Below, piece after piece: positions 9,577-19,546 of a stretch of DNA of 64,000 nucleotides (its first letter is position 1; every line of letters begins with the position of its first letter). Location: the IMG/VR virus record IMGVR_UViG_3300025600_000018, positions 7,629 to 71,628 of that record, one strand, 5' to 3'. The stretch is from a virus. Lineage: Duplodnaviria > Caudoviricetes. The notes below the pieces were generated by a model, which was not told the origin of the DNA, did not search any database, and saw only the letters and a list, made by a program, of their open reading frames with translations. The position numbers were made by a program, and so were the translations under genes.

Positions 9577-10848
9577 CTATATTTCTTTTAGTGCTGCTTC
9601 AAATGCTCCTATACCGCTAAAGAATGATGATAGTTTTATTCCATCTTTAAAATCATTTGGAAAGGCTTTTTGTAACTCTTTATAAATTTCAACAAGAACT
9701 TTAGTTACAATAGAATTACCAGCTTGTTTATAAAGTTGCATTTTAGATGTACCAATATTCTTTGCTTTATAAAAATCTTCATCTGAAAATCCCATTAGTT
9801 TCCAACATTCAAGTGGAGTTAAAGTCCTTACTTCATATTGATCAATAATTTTTTCCACTTTGGTTTTATCTTTAGTACAAACAGAAGGAATATGTCCACC
9901 TCCTGCAGAAGTCCTAATTGTCGGTGAAAATTCATTAAAGATTCTTGGCTCTTTTTCTTTAAATCCACCATAAATATTATGTAAAATAGGAAGTTCAGCA
10001 TCGTCATCTAATATATCTGTAAGTTTCTTAATTATCTTAGGAGGATCTTTATACATAGTAGCTGATAAAGTTGGACTTACTCCAGTAACACTATAAACTC
10101 TATTTCTTGTTGCAAAACTCATATCATTTTTAGGGTGACAAGTTCCAACTACTGGTTTGTCCATATTAATTTCATAATTATTATTAATAAAAAGTTGGTT
10201 TACTTTAGAATCAGAAACCATATAATTTTTATCAACTTCATTCTCTAAACATTGAAGCATATTGGGTATCTTATTAAATGGAACAGGAAAGGTAAACAGT
10301 CCATTATCAATTTCTTTTCTAACACTTAATACAAAAACTCGTTCTCTATGTTGCGGTATTCCATATTCTTTTGCATCTAATATTTTCCAATATGAATTAT
10401 ATCCATATTCGTCTAATTCCTTAATGAATAAATTAAAACTACTAATAAATTTATTACCTGTAATATTCTTAACATTCTCGTAAATTGAGAATTTCGGTAA
10501 CTTTTCTCTTAATATCCTTAGTCCTTCAACTATCAATGATGATCTTGATTTATCAATATTAATAGAATTACAGTTTGGACAATTTTCTCTTTTAGTATAA
10601 TGTGCTTCAAGAGGATTATACTCATGACTACAATCTTTACAAATCCAAACCGCACCCTCTTGTTTGCCGGCTACACTAAAATCTTGACAAGGACTGCCCC
10701 AAGTCATCATATCAAAGTCTGCAATTAACTTTTCATTTATCTTTGTAATATCACCCAAGTTCTTAGTTTCAGATTCATTATGTATTGCACAATAACTTTT
10801 TGTTGCATATTTATCAAACTCGCAAAAATTTATTAAATTATAATTCAT
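9577..10848 (-). CDS. DNA (cytosine-5) methyltransferase, circularly permuted
   Basis: Motifs II-X (EFD, GDITKI, GSPCQDFS, ENV, QHRERVF, RTLTPLEC, QAGNSIV), with motif I FSGIGAF at the extreme C-terminus. Confidence 0.9.
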   Translation of the reverse strand: MNYNLINFCEFDKYATKSYCAIHNESETKNLGDITKINEKLIADFDMMTWGSPCQDFSVAGKQEGAVWICKDCSHEYNPLEAHYTKRENCPNCNSINIDKSRSSLIVEGLRILREKLPKFSIYENVKNITGNKFISSFNLFIKELDEYGYNSYWKILDAKEYGIPQHRERVFVLSVRKEIDNGLFTFPVPFNKIPNMLQCLENEVDKNYMVSDSKVNQLFINNNYEINMDKPVVGTCHPKNDMSFATRNRVYSVTGVSPTLSATMYKDPPKIIKKLTDILDDDAELPILHNIYGGFKEKEPRIFNEFSPTIRTSAGGGHIPSVCTKDKTKVEKIIDQYEVRTLTPLECWKLMGFSDEDFYKAKNIGTSKMQLYKQAGNSIVTKVLVEIYKELQKAFPNDFKDGIKLSSFFSGIGAFEAALKEI

Positions 10849-10895
10849 TTATCGCTATCAACTTCCTTTAATGTTTATTATTTTATTTGTATTTA

Positions 10896-10939
10896 CTCGA
10901 AAATAACTGCCAAGATGATATTTGCAGTTATTTTCGAGT
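10896..10939. terminator. Strong hairpin/terminator
   Basis: CTCGAAAATAACTGC...GCAGTTATTTTCGAG 15-bp inverted repeat. Confidence 0.7.
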
Positions 10940-10969
10940 TTTCTTTAAACTGTGATTGAAATTCTCATT

Positions 10970-11689
10970 TTAATCTCTTAATTTGAACAATTTTTCTATT
11001 TTTATTATCTTATTACGATTGTTTAAATGTGTCTTAACTTCTTGCTGCCATATACATTCAAAATTATCAGGTGCATTATATTCTGATATTAAAACTATAT
11101 TATTCTTTGATAACTCTCTACACCAATCCCAAAATTCATCATGATTGAAATTATTTGTTATATATTCTGTCGAGTTAGCATAAGGAGGATCACAGTATAT
11201 AACACAATTTTTTATTTTGTTTTTATCAAACTCTAAATAATTCTTATTAGCGAATTTAATATTTAACAACTTAGGAATTTGTTCTTTAAGATTTCTAATT
11301 GATTCATCACAATAGTTTCTTATTGTCCCTATTTTTGTATTGACTTTACCTGCATATCCACCAAAATATTTAGAATTATAACTAGCACAAAATCCGACTA
11401 GAGCAACCATATGTAATGGGTATTTTTCTTTATTATCTCTTATCTCAACATATGTATCTTTCGTGATATCAGGAGGTGGAATCCACCCATTTTGTAATTC
11501 TTTAAATAGTGCAATTAATTCTTTATGCATGTCATTTCCAATGCGTTTTTCACATTTTATTTTATCAATCATATTAGCACCACCAACAAATGGCTCAAAA
11601 TAAATCTTTACATCATTTTTATCTATATAACTTTGAATTATTGGTGCAATATATTTAGATAGTTTGTTTTTACTTCCAATATATTTCAA
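10970..11689 (-). CDS. DNA adenine methyltransferase (Dam/D12 class)
   Basis: KYIGSK, EPFVGGAN, IYCDPPY. Confidence 0.9.
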   Translation of the reverse strand: MKYIGSKNKLSKYIAPIIQSYIDKNDVKIYFEPFVGGANMIDKIKCEKRIGNDMHKELIALFKELQNGWIPPPDITKDTYVEIRDNKEKYPLHMVALVGFCASYNSKYFGGYAGKVNTKIGTIRNYCDESIRNLKEQIPKLLNIKFANKNYLEFDKNKIKNCVIYCDPPYANSTEYITNNFNHDEFWDWCRELSKNNIVLISEYNAPDNFECIWQQEVKTHLNNRNKIIKIEKLFKLRD

Positions 11690-11824
11690 GTATACAATTT
11701 CACCTTTCCTTAATTTTTATTTTGATTTATCAAAACTTTAATAGCAAAACTAATTTTTGCGTATTTTGTTTTGATACAATTAGCTATACTTTTCACCTTC
11801 TAAATTGTGTTCAAAACTGTCCTT

Positions 11825-12910
11825 TTAACCAAATATTTTATCTATTACTGTAGTTAAATAATCTTGAGTTAAAACAAAACTATTATCTTCTATTTGTTTT
11901 CTTTTCAAGTTTTGTATAAAATTCAAGAAATAAATACTATCAACTCCAACTAATTGATCTTCTAATACATAAATATCTTTTAAATTTAACTCACTTATTT
12001 GAAAAGACATTTTTACAAATTGACCAGCATTAATTTGCCATCCACGTTTAATAAACTTACGTATTCTTACAAGACTGCAAATAGGATACTTAGAACCAAT
12101 ATAAAACAATTCTTTGTTTAAAATAGATTCCAACGCTCTTTGATTTAAAACTGTACCAGTAGCAAATGTCCAATAATTTGTTGCATGAACAAAATCATAA
12201 TTTTTATGTATTACATCAACGTCTCCGTAAAAACGAACTACAATTTGAATCTTATTAGAAAGAGTAATGGCATTTGTAGAAAGAAAAATTGGTTTATATT
12301 TGTTTTCAGGTGATTTTTCTTCTAGACTATCAGAAGATATTTCATCTCCATCACTAATAGCATCTAAATATGCATCAATTGAATAATCATTTTTATCTGC
12401 TATTTCATCACTATCTTCGGCTACTCCATCTGAATTAACCATTACTTTAATTCTGTCTGGTAGTGTGTTTAAAAGCATTCCAGATATATTTAAATATGCT
12501 GATTTATTTTCGTTTTCGTTTTCATAATTCCATCCTTTTATTTCTGAATACGAAATATCTTTATAATTAAATGCAAAACTTGACAAAGATTTTTCATTGT
12601 TTTTCCACTTTTCAACATCATCACCATCAAGTACCCAAGCATGAAGAGGTTTACCAAGTTTATTCATTTTTCCTTCGTTGTTTTTATTAAATTGGTTTGC
12701 GTAGTATTCACAAATTGCCTTTAAACTTTCTTTGGTTTTAAAATAAATATCAAAATCATTTACCGTTTCATTTAATAACATTGAAGTGATCGCTCCACCA
12801 GAAATAATAATATCAGATTTAATTTTTTGTACTAATTCTTTATCCTCAATACTATTTAACCAGTCATTAATTTTTCTACTAACAACAGCATTAATTGTTT
12901 TTGCTTTCAT
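11825..12910 (-). CDS. Phage nucleotidyltransferase-fold protein
   Basis: ISGGAITSML...NDFDIYF (GG..DxD) signature; target unknown. Confidence 0.55.
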   Translation of the reverse strand: MKAKTINAVVSRKINDWLNSIEDKELVQKIKSDIIISGGAITSMLLNETVNDFDIYFKTKESLKAICEYYANQFNKNNEGKMNKLGKPLHAWVLDGDDVEKWKNNEKSLSSFAFNYKDISYSEIKGWNYENENENKSAYLNISGMLLNTLPDRIKVMVNSDGVAEDSDEIADKNDYSIDAYLDAISDGDEISSDSLEEKSPENKYKPIFLSTNAITLSNKIQIVVRFYGDVDVIHKNYDFVHATNYWTFATGTVLNQRALESILNKELFYIGSKYPICSLVRIRKFIKRGWQINAGQFVKMSFQISELNLKDIYVLEDQLVGVDSIYFLNFIQNLKRKQIEDNSFVLTQDYLTTVIDKIFG

Positions 12911-12950
12911 TTAAATTTAATTTCTCCTTTTAATATATTTTTTATTTATT

Positions 12951-13145
12951 TTAATTTTTGATAATTAATAGAATTTCTTCTGGTGTAAGTCCTATATCTT
13001 CATATTCTGCAAGTCTATCTGTCATGGCATAAATTACATTTGCACCAGTATGTGTTGTGGCTTCCCAATTGCCCTTTGCTCTTCTTCCATTTTTATATTT
13101 ACGTTCACATGTTAATCTTTTCATATTACTCTCCATTGTATTCAA
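12951..13145 (-). CDS. Hypothetical phage protein
   Basis: RLAEYEDIGLTPEEI motif common in Firmicutes phages. Confidence 0.55.
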   Translation of the reverse strand: MNTMESNMKRLTCERKYKNGRRAKGNWEATTHTGANVIYAMTDRLAEYEDIGLTPEEILLIIKN

Positions 13146-13155
13146 AAGGTATAAT

Positions 13156-13359
13156 TTATAATGATTTAATTATACCGCTTAATACTCCTGCTACATATAA
13201 ACATCCTAATCCTAAGAAAAATGGTATTACTTTATAGATGATTGCAGATATTATATTTTTAGTGTTTTGAATCAACGCCATAAAAATATTGTAAAATGAT
13301 ACTACTAAACAAATAATTATTAACATAATTTCCTCCTTAATCTTCTTCAATAATTTCAC
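13156..13359 (-). CDS. Small membrane protein
   Basis: Two hydrophobic segments; true start probably ~13326. Confidence 0.5.
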   Translation of the reverse strand: MKLLKKIKEEIMLIIICLVVSFYNIFMALIQNTKNIISAIIYKVIPFFLGLGCLYVAGVLSGIIKSL

Positions 13360-13540
13360 TCAAATTAGCATTTATACCTTCACAAGCAATTTTAGCACCT
13401 ATTTTAACTGCATCCTCAATACAACTTTGTGCTTCCCAATAGTACCCACAACCCTTTGTAAAACATCCAGTAACATCGTTCCATTTATCAAAATTATTTT
13501 GTGCTTGCCTAATGGCATAATCTAAGTCACCTTGTTTCAT
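13337..13540 (-). CDS. Hypothetical protein
   Basis: ORF with GGAGG SD. Confidence 0.55.
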   Translation of the reverse strand: MKQGDLDYAIRQAQNNFDKWNDVTGCFTKGCGYYWEAQSCIEDAVKIGAKIACEGINANLSEIIEED

Positions 13541-13761
13541 ACTTTCCTCCTTAATTTTATAATGCTATCGTTATTTCACACTAATTTCATATGGTTCATA
13601 TCGTGAATAAGTGTTTTTCAATTTATTTTCAATATGATCCCATGCTTTTGTGTTTGAACTAAAAATCAAACCCTCACATATCCATTCAGACCAGCCTTCA
13701 CAACCACTATAACTATATCCTTTTATGCCCCAAATCGATTCTTCCATATTAACCTCCTAAT

Positions 13762-14184
13762 CTATTTATCTTCTTGAAGTTCAAAAAATGCAATTTTACC
13801 AAAATCCTCAACATTCCAACTTGTAGGAAATTTAAAGTGTGTATCAACATATTGAACCGCAAAAGTTCCATTTTTCAATATTTTAAAACATACGACTTCT
13901 CCTGTACAAATTTCTGGATAAACATTTCCGTCTATTTTCTTTAACGGTATAACAACTGTTGTTCTATCACCAACTTTACAAGGCAATATCACAAGCCTAT
14001 TATCTTTCTTGGCATTGCAAATTTCTTCAAGCTTTTCAAGTGGAATATCATAAATTAAAGCATTTCTTAGTTCATATTCAAGTTCACAATAATCTGTATT
14101 TATATAATCTTCCGACAAACTACTTTTAATAGTTGCTATGTCTTTTTTAATTTCTGATATTGTTCTCATATTTTTAACCCACAT
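13762..14184 (-). CDS. Hypothetical phage protein
   Basis: RLVILPCKVGD motif common in Firmicutes phages. Confidence 0.55.
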   Translation of the reverse strand: MWVKNMRTISEIKKDIATIKSSLSEDYINTDYCELEYELRNALIYDIPLEKLEEICNAKKDNRLVILPCKVGDRTTVVIPLKKIDGNVYPEICTGEVVCFKILKNGTFAVQYVDTHFKFPTSWNVEDFGKIAFFELQEDK

Positions 14185-14393
14185 TTAATTGTATTTAAAA
14201 TAAGATGCGGAACTATACAAGGTTTTTTTCCATCATCTGAATCTGTAATTACTGCAATCATATCTTTTAATTTTAATAAAGGTTTTACCGAACTAGAAAT
14301 ATCATAACAAGGTGTATCTTCTGATATTTCAATTGTTTCTTCGGTGTAATATTTACCACTTGGCTTGAAATATGTAATTATAATTGTTTTCAT
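14166..14393 (-). CDS. Hypothetical protein
   Basis: ORF with GGAGG SD. Confidence 0.5.
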   Translation of the reverse strand: MKTIIITYFKPSGKYYTEETIEISEDTPCYDISSSVKPLLKLKDMIAVITDSDDGKKPCIVPHLILNTIKCGLKI

Positions 14394-14429
14394 ATTATCC
14401 TCCTATCTGCATTCAGCTATACTAATTTT

Positions 14430-14633
14430 CTATTCAGGTAAAGTATATTTTCCTAATCTTACTCTTTCCATTTGAGCATTCCAGAATAATTTAAGATGTC
14501 TATAACTTTTAAAGAATGTCCAGTATACCTTGCAATTTTTACAAGCAACTTTTAAACATAAGCTACCAGAGCAAATAGTAAGTCTTATTTTAGGCTTTCC
14601 GCCACAAAATGCACAATTATCTAACTTAGCCAT
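14430..14633 (-). CDS. Lar-like restriction-alleviation zinc-ribbon protein
   Basis: LDNCAFCGGKP...VACKNC pattern of the Lar family. Confidence 0.5.
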   Translation of the reverse strand: MAKLDNCAFCGGKPKIRLTICSGSLCLKVACKNCKVYWTFFKSYRHLKLFWNAQMERVRLGKYTLPE

Positions 14634-14668
14634 TTATATAATCCTCCAATAATCATAAAATAATTCTT

Positions 14669-14914
14669 TTATATTAACTTACTTATTTCAACAAATTTAT
14701 CCACAGCAGCACCATAAATTTTATTGTAGCAAGTTAAACATAAATCATATTCTACTCGTCTGCTTGATACTGGTTCTAAACTTTCTCCAACTTTTTGAAC
14801 GTATCCATAAACCGGAAGATGATATTTGTTTTCTGCTATATTACACAATGGATTAAATTCATATGCACGACCTTCAATTTTGTTTCCACAACAATCACAA
14901 TTTACTATTGTCAT
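14669..14914 (-). CDS. Zinc-ribbon hypothetical protein
   Basis: CDCCG...DLCLTC. Confidence 0.55.
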   Translation of the reverse strand: MTIVNCDCCGNKIEGRAYEFNPLCNIAENKYHLPVYGYVQKVGESLEPVSSRRVEYDLCLTCYNKIYGAAVDKFVEISKLI

Positions 14915-15192
14915 ATTTTCACCTCATTTCTTTGTTTTGATATTAAATATTCTTTATCCACAGAAATTGTAATAGATTCCAATACTGTTTCATCATCGTT
15001 AAAATTTAAAACAATCTCTTTTGCATTAAGTCCAGATATTAAATTTGAATACTTATTTTTATGTAATTTCAAAACATAATAACTTTCATCAACATTAACT
15101 TTTAAAGAGAAATGCACACCATCTGTTTGAATATCTTTATCTTTTAAAGCTATATTTTCTACTTTACCAGTAGTTAATTTACGACTTTTCAT
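14911..15192 (-). CDS. Hypothetical protein
   Basis: ORF overlapping both neighbours by 4 nt. Confidence 0.5.
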   Translation of the reverse strand: MKSRKLTTGKVENIALKDKDIQTDGVHFSLKVNVDESYYVLKLHKNKYSNLISGLNAKEIVLNFNDDETVLESITISVDKEYLISKQRNEVKI

Positions 15193-15701
15193 ATTTTATC
15201 TCCATTTCTATGTTTTAAATAATCTTCTCTAAATATTTCATACTTTTTAGAACCATAGTATTTTCCATCTATTAATTTACAATCTTTTAAAAATATTCCT
15301 ACAATCCTACCACCATATTTTTTTAATAATTTATCATATGTACTCTCAATTGGATTTCCAACGACAACTCCAAATACTATCTTTCGGAAGTTAAACTTGA
15401 TAAATATTTCGCTAATGCATTTAAAAACGTCTCTTCCAAAAATAATTTTATTATCACTAAAGTTTATAATTTGTAAATAATGTACATCCATACTATCTCT
15501 ACAAATTCCATATTTAATATATCCCAAGACATTATTATCTTTATCAATACTTACAAACTCATGTGCAGCCCACGTGCTTTCTATAGCTTTATATTTTTCT
15601 CGATATGAACCCATATCATAAAATTTATATTTTTCATCAAATGTAATATTAGCAAATAATAACTGTAATTTTTCTTCGTATTTACAAGCTATATCCAACA
15701 T
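15189..15701 (-). CDS. GNAT (RimJ/RimL-like) acetyltransferase-fold protein
   Basis: FNFRKIVFGVVVGNP...GGRIVG...DGKYYGSKKYEI pattern. Confidence 0.6.
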   Translation of the reverse strand: MLDIACKYEEKLQLLFANITFDEKYKFYDMGSYREKYKAIESTWAAHEFVSIDKDNNVLGYIKYGICRDSMDVHYLQIINFSDNKIIFGRDVFKCISEIFIKFNFRKIVFGVVVGNPIESTYDKLLKKYGGRIVGIFLKDCKLIDGKYYGSKKYEIFREDYLKHRNGDKI

Positions 15702-15953
15702 ATTTTCACCTCCAAATCCATCACAAAATTATACTTTCAAACACAGTAGTTAAATTCTTCATAAAACACACATTTTAAATTCTATTTACACGTACCTCCA
15801 ATAAATAAAACCTTTATTTCACCACAGGTTACACATTCTACTTTTCCATCATTATTTAATTGATAAAACTCATCACTACCACAATTACATTTTACTGTCT
15901 CTCTGCCAATATACTTTTTAAACTGAACAATTTCCCTTTGGTTTTTTGTCAAT

Positions 15954-16133
15954 TTATCGCCTCCTATTCCAAAACATTTTTAACATTAATTTTTGATATC
16001 CCATTAATTTAGAGCCAAACATATCTTCCATAAATTTATCAGGACGTTTACGATATAATTTAATTATCTTCTTATATTTCCTTTTAATTATTTGATACTT
16101 TATCTATTCATTTACTGATCTGAAAAATCTCAA
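15954..16133 (-). pseudogene. 60-codon ORF with one in-frame TAG; resembles the N-terminus of phage terminase large subunits
   Basis: SD + TTG at 16133, TAG at 16104-16106, then IKYQ...YYRKRPDKFMEDMFGSKLMGYQKLMLKMF. Confidence 0.4.
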
Positions 16134-16336
16134 TTTTAATCACCTTCTTTATCAAAATCTGCTTGTGATTTACCTACGAACTTTACTTTATCATTTTGAT
16201 TTATATATTCTATAATTTCATTAATTTTTTCTCTATTTTGCAATATTACTGTTTGCATTGCTATTCCTCTTAGTTCTTCATACTTACATTTTAATTTTTC
16301 CATGAATCCTCACTTTTATCAAAACATTAGTTTTAA

Positions 16337-16615
16337 TCACATTTTATTTATTAAATCTTCAATTGTTTCAGCCTTTTCATCTTTTAAAATTTGTTTCCCT
16401 TTTGCAGTTTTTATTTTAAATATATCAAAATGTTTCCACCAATTCATACCATAATCTTTTTCATATCTATCAATATCAGTAAGTTTTCTCATTTTCCAAA
16501 ATGTAAATCTAAATACAACATCTGTAATATAATTAATTTTTACAAAAGTAAACTTTAAATATTTATTTTTCCAATAGGGTATTTGAAAACCAAAGTAATA
16601 TTTTATATTATTCAT
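16337..16615 (-). CDS. Hypothetical protein
   Basis: ORF with AGGAGG SD, flanked by 18-bp palindromes. Confidence 0.55.
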   Translation of the reverse strand: MNNIKYYFGFQIPYWKNKYLKFTFVKINYITDVVFRFTFWKMRKLTDIDRYEKDYGMNWWKHFDIFKIKTAKGKQILKDEKAETIEDLINKM

Positions 16616-16656
16616 ATTTCCCTCCTATCTTAACAAAACAATGGTTTCGTGATAAC

Positions 16657-16851
16657 TTAGTATCTTTCATTATTATATTCATCCCAGCACCTCTGCCAAT
16701 ACTCTTCTCTCTCATCATAACATCTTAGACATAATGTATTAAAATTATCTTTGTCGTTCATATAAGCTGTATTTTGCCTTCTACGTTTAGGATAAACAAA
16801 GTATCTATCACAACAACTACAGTAGCCTAAGAGCCTCCTAAATAGCTTCAT
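16657..16851 (-). CDS. Cys-rich hypothetical protein
   Basis: CSCC...CLRC; flanked by 18-bp palindromes. Confidence 0.55.
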   Translation of the reverse strand: MKLFRRLLGYCSCCDRYFVYPKRRRQNTAYMNDKDNFNTLCLRCYDEREEYWQRCWDEYNNERY

Positions 16852-16902
16852 ACTGCACCACCTTTCTTAACTCATTATGAAATATGCTTTTTATACACAA
16901 TT

Positions 16903-17175
16903 TTAATCCGTTTTCTCACAATTTTTAATATCTGATATTAAATTTGTAAATCTAAACATTCTGCAAACATTAGTTTTTATTGAATAATTTTCACACTGTA
17001 AACAATTTTTAGCTTCATAAATATCTTTTAAATTATTATCAACAGGTGGCAAGTTTATGTAGGCTTGCTCTAAGTCTGCAATAGTTGTTGCTTTACAATT
17101 TTTTTCATGATCTAAACATTCTATAAAATCATCAAATATAGTTTTACACTTATCACATTGATATACTGTTTTCAA
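16903..17175 (-). CDS. Cys-rich hypothetical protein
   Basis: YQCDKC...C..HE..C motif. Confidence 0.55.
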   Translation of the reverse strand: MKTVYQCDKCKTIFDDFIECLDHEKNCKATTIADLEQAYINLPPVDNNLKDIYEAKNCLQCENYSIKTNVCRMFRFTNLISDIKNCEKTD

Positions 17176-17257
17176 TATTCATACTTCCTCTTTCTTTTAT
17201 TTTAATTGTTATAAGCAAGGCTACCCACTATACCCTTACTTAACTTTAATTTAAAAA

Positions 17258-17581
17258 CTACATTTCAGTGGGTGATTCAACTTTCCATTTTTTATGATTT
17301 CTTATATCTCCGGCTATATTTTGTTCCCATACTGCCACTTGCTTTTCTAATACACCAGAACTAACTTCTGTACTATATTCTGAATATTTTAATTCCCAAT
17401 TGTAACGTTGAATTATATCAAGTGTTTCTCTAAGTGCTTTAATATTAGACATATAACTATTCATATCAGTATGTAAGTTACTTAGATTTCTATTTAATAA
17501 ATTTGCTTCTTCTTTAAGTTTAGTAATAATTCCATCATAGAAATTTTCTGTATTCATTTTTATCCTCCAGTGGTCGGTCAC
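17258..17581 (-). CDS. Coiled-coil hypothetical protein
   Basis: True start probably MNTEN (~17557) after GGAGG. Confidence 0.55.
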   Translation of the reverse strand: MTDHWRIKMNTENFYDGIITKLKEEANLLNRNLSNLHTDMNSYMSNIKALRETLDIIQRYNWELKYSEYSTEVSSGVLEKQVAVWEQNIAGDIRNHKKWKVESPTEM

Positions 17582-17661
17582 TACCCTATAAATTTATATT
17601 AAATGCAATAGTGGGGATTGCAGTAATAACTTACGAATCATAATGAAATATAGTATTTGAT

Positions 17662-17847
17662 CTAATTTTTAGTTTTATATTGTATATACCAATATCTTGT
17701 AACGAATAGCATTATAATAAACCAAAATAAATCCGATATAAAAAACAAACTATGTATAGATGCCATAAAACAGGCAGCAGTTAAATCAAACAATGTAATT
17801 GCTACGCAAAGTATTAACATAACAATATTCTTTTTAATATTATTCAC
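17662..17847 (-). CDS. Small membrane protein
   Basis: Two hydrophobic segments. Confidence 0.5.
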   Translation of the reverse strand: MNNIKKNIVMLILCVAITLFDLTAACFMASIHSLFFISDLFWFIIMLFVTRYWYIQYKTKN

Positions 17848-17937
17848 CTCCTTAAATTGTGCATGAAAACATTCTTTTATAACGACTTACTCTCTTGCCT
17901 CTTTTCTTTACTTTTATTTTACTTGTTTACTATCCTA

Positions 17938-17966
17938 AGTATATATGAAAATATTACCAATGTCAA
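17938..17966 (-). promoter_or_regulatory. sigmaA-type promoter
   Basis: TTGACA-17-TATACT. Confidence 0.75.
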
Positions 17967-18005
17967 GCATATTTGGAAAATAAATTTCATATACTTATAT
18001 ATTGT

Positions 18006-18299
18006 TTATTTACTCTGATTCATCTGATTAACAAAACCATTATATATTCTTTTTTCTTCTTCATCAGCTTCGATTATATCTTCTGAATATAATTCATCCT
18101 GTTGTTTTACAATTTGACCACATTCATACGCAATCCTAGCACCTGCTATCCTATCTACAAACTCGTCTGTATCAGTAATGAATCCTTGCTCACCATTAAA
18201 CAGGTAACCAAGAGGTCTTTCTGGATTATGCATAATATAACCATGACGAGTACCAGTGTATATTATCCCATCTTTTCTGATTGCTGCTAATTTAATCAT
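18006..18299 (-). CDS. Conserved hypothetical phage protein
   Basis: GTRH...QGFITDTDEFVDR...LYSED pattern widespread in phages. Confidence 0.6.
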   Translation of the reverse strand: MIKLAAIRKDGIIYTGTRHGYIMHNPERPLGYLFNGEQGFITDTDEFVDRIAGARIAYECGQIVKQQDELYSEDIIEADEEEKRIYNGFVNQMNQSK

Positions 18300-18335
18300 A
18301 TTTTCTCCAATCTTTATAAAATTTCATTTCAATTT

Positions 18336-18665
18336 TTATTCATCAAATTTTCTACCACAGACAGGGCAAAAATCTTTATTAAAATATTGTCTTGAAATAT
18401 TAGAATGACAAGTTTGACAAAAGATAAAATTCTCTCCTACCAATAAATCTTCTCTATTAAAACTATTCATAATCCAAGATTGAAAGCCAGTCTGAAATTC
18501 ATAATTGCTTATATAATTTCCATCTGACAAACTAGGTTCTAAAAACCCTCTTTCTTGACATCTTTCACAATCACAAATACTATCTATTTGCACGATATCT
18601 CCATATAATCCCTTTAACCACATTCCTTTTTTTAATGGTAATGACAAAGCCACGTTATCACTCAT
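18336..18665 (-). CDS. Zinc-ribbon hypothetical protein
   Basis: CDCERC and CQTC...CPVCG. Confidence 0.55.
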   Translation of the reverse strand: MSDNVALSLPLKKGMWLKGLYGDIVQIDSICDCERCQERGFLEPSLSDGNYISNYEFQTGFQSWIMNSFNREDLLVGENFIFCQTCHSNISRQYFNKDFCPVCGRKFDE

Positions 18666-18896
18666 TTCTATAATTTTATATTATTTGTATTCTCATAATA
18701 AAACACCAGTTTTGAACACAATTCAAGCCATCAGCTTCCCACCCACTTTCGGCTTACTGTTAAATCAATTTGTGTATAGATAATTTGTACTATAATTTTC
18801 ATTTATTTCTCTCTTTTCATTATTATTCGTTTTCTGATTTTTAAAAACTAAACCATCTCAGTTTTAAAATTGATTATGCTGCTATCCCTATCATTA

Positions 18897-19313
18897 TTAT
18901 ACTGCTATTTTAACACATACTTTTAACGGATTTGTAATCTCTTTAAAAGTCCTCTTATGCTCTGTAACGTCCTCTGCTTGTATATCCTTATAACTATGTA
19001 CAAATTGTTTATCAATCATCTCCCAGCCCTTTAAACCCTTAAGCTTGTCCACAAAATCAGATCTATTAGCTTGTACTACTTTCCATGATAGATTATCAAA
19101 CTCTGCTATCTTATTTAACTCCACCAATTCATCACGCATTGCTTCAACTTTTGCCCTGTTATCATAGCCTCCGCATGCATTTACATTGGAAGTATAACTA
19201 AATTGGCAACCATTTTTGCTATTGGTCTTTGGTTGAATCTTGAAATGCCCCCAGAAGTTACCAATATTATCGATTAAAAAAAATTTGCCTATGTCTTTAC
19301 ATTTGTCTTTCAT
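18897..19313 (-). CDS. Hypothetical protein
   Basis: 138-aa ORF with AGGAGG SD. Confidence 0.55.
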   Translation of the reverse strand: MKDKCKDIGKFFLIDNIGNFWGHFKIQPKTNSKNGCQFSYTSNVNACGGYDNRAKVEAMRDELVELNKIAEFDNLSWKVVQANRSDFVDKLKGLKGWEMIDKQFVHSYKDIQAEDVTEHKRTFKEITNPLKVCVKIAV

Positions 19314-19503
19314 TTTTACATTCCTCCTAATTATTTTATGATCTAATTATAATACTTTAATTGTACTATAAATGGTACTACCCTAAAATCTCATTATAAA
19401 ATTTATTTATTCCAATATCACTCCTTAAAATTTTTATTGATAATTTTTTAAAAATATATTATAATACAATTATGATTGTATATAATAATATACTTTCTGT
19501 CAT

Positions 19504-19546
19504 GAGCATAGTCTTACATTTTGCGGTGAGGGACTATGCTCTTTTT
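19504..19546 (+). terminator. Terminator hairpin with U-tract on the plus strand
   Basis: GAGCATAGTC...GACTATGCTC-TTTTT. Confidence 0.6.

Noticed and set aside
14697-14962. Two TTATCCACA DnaA-box matches (~14697 and ~14954)
   Set aside because: Both lie inside small ORFs, far from the origin-like features, with no AT-rich unwinding element.
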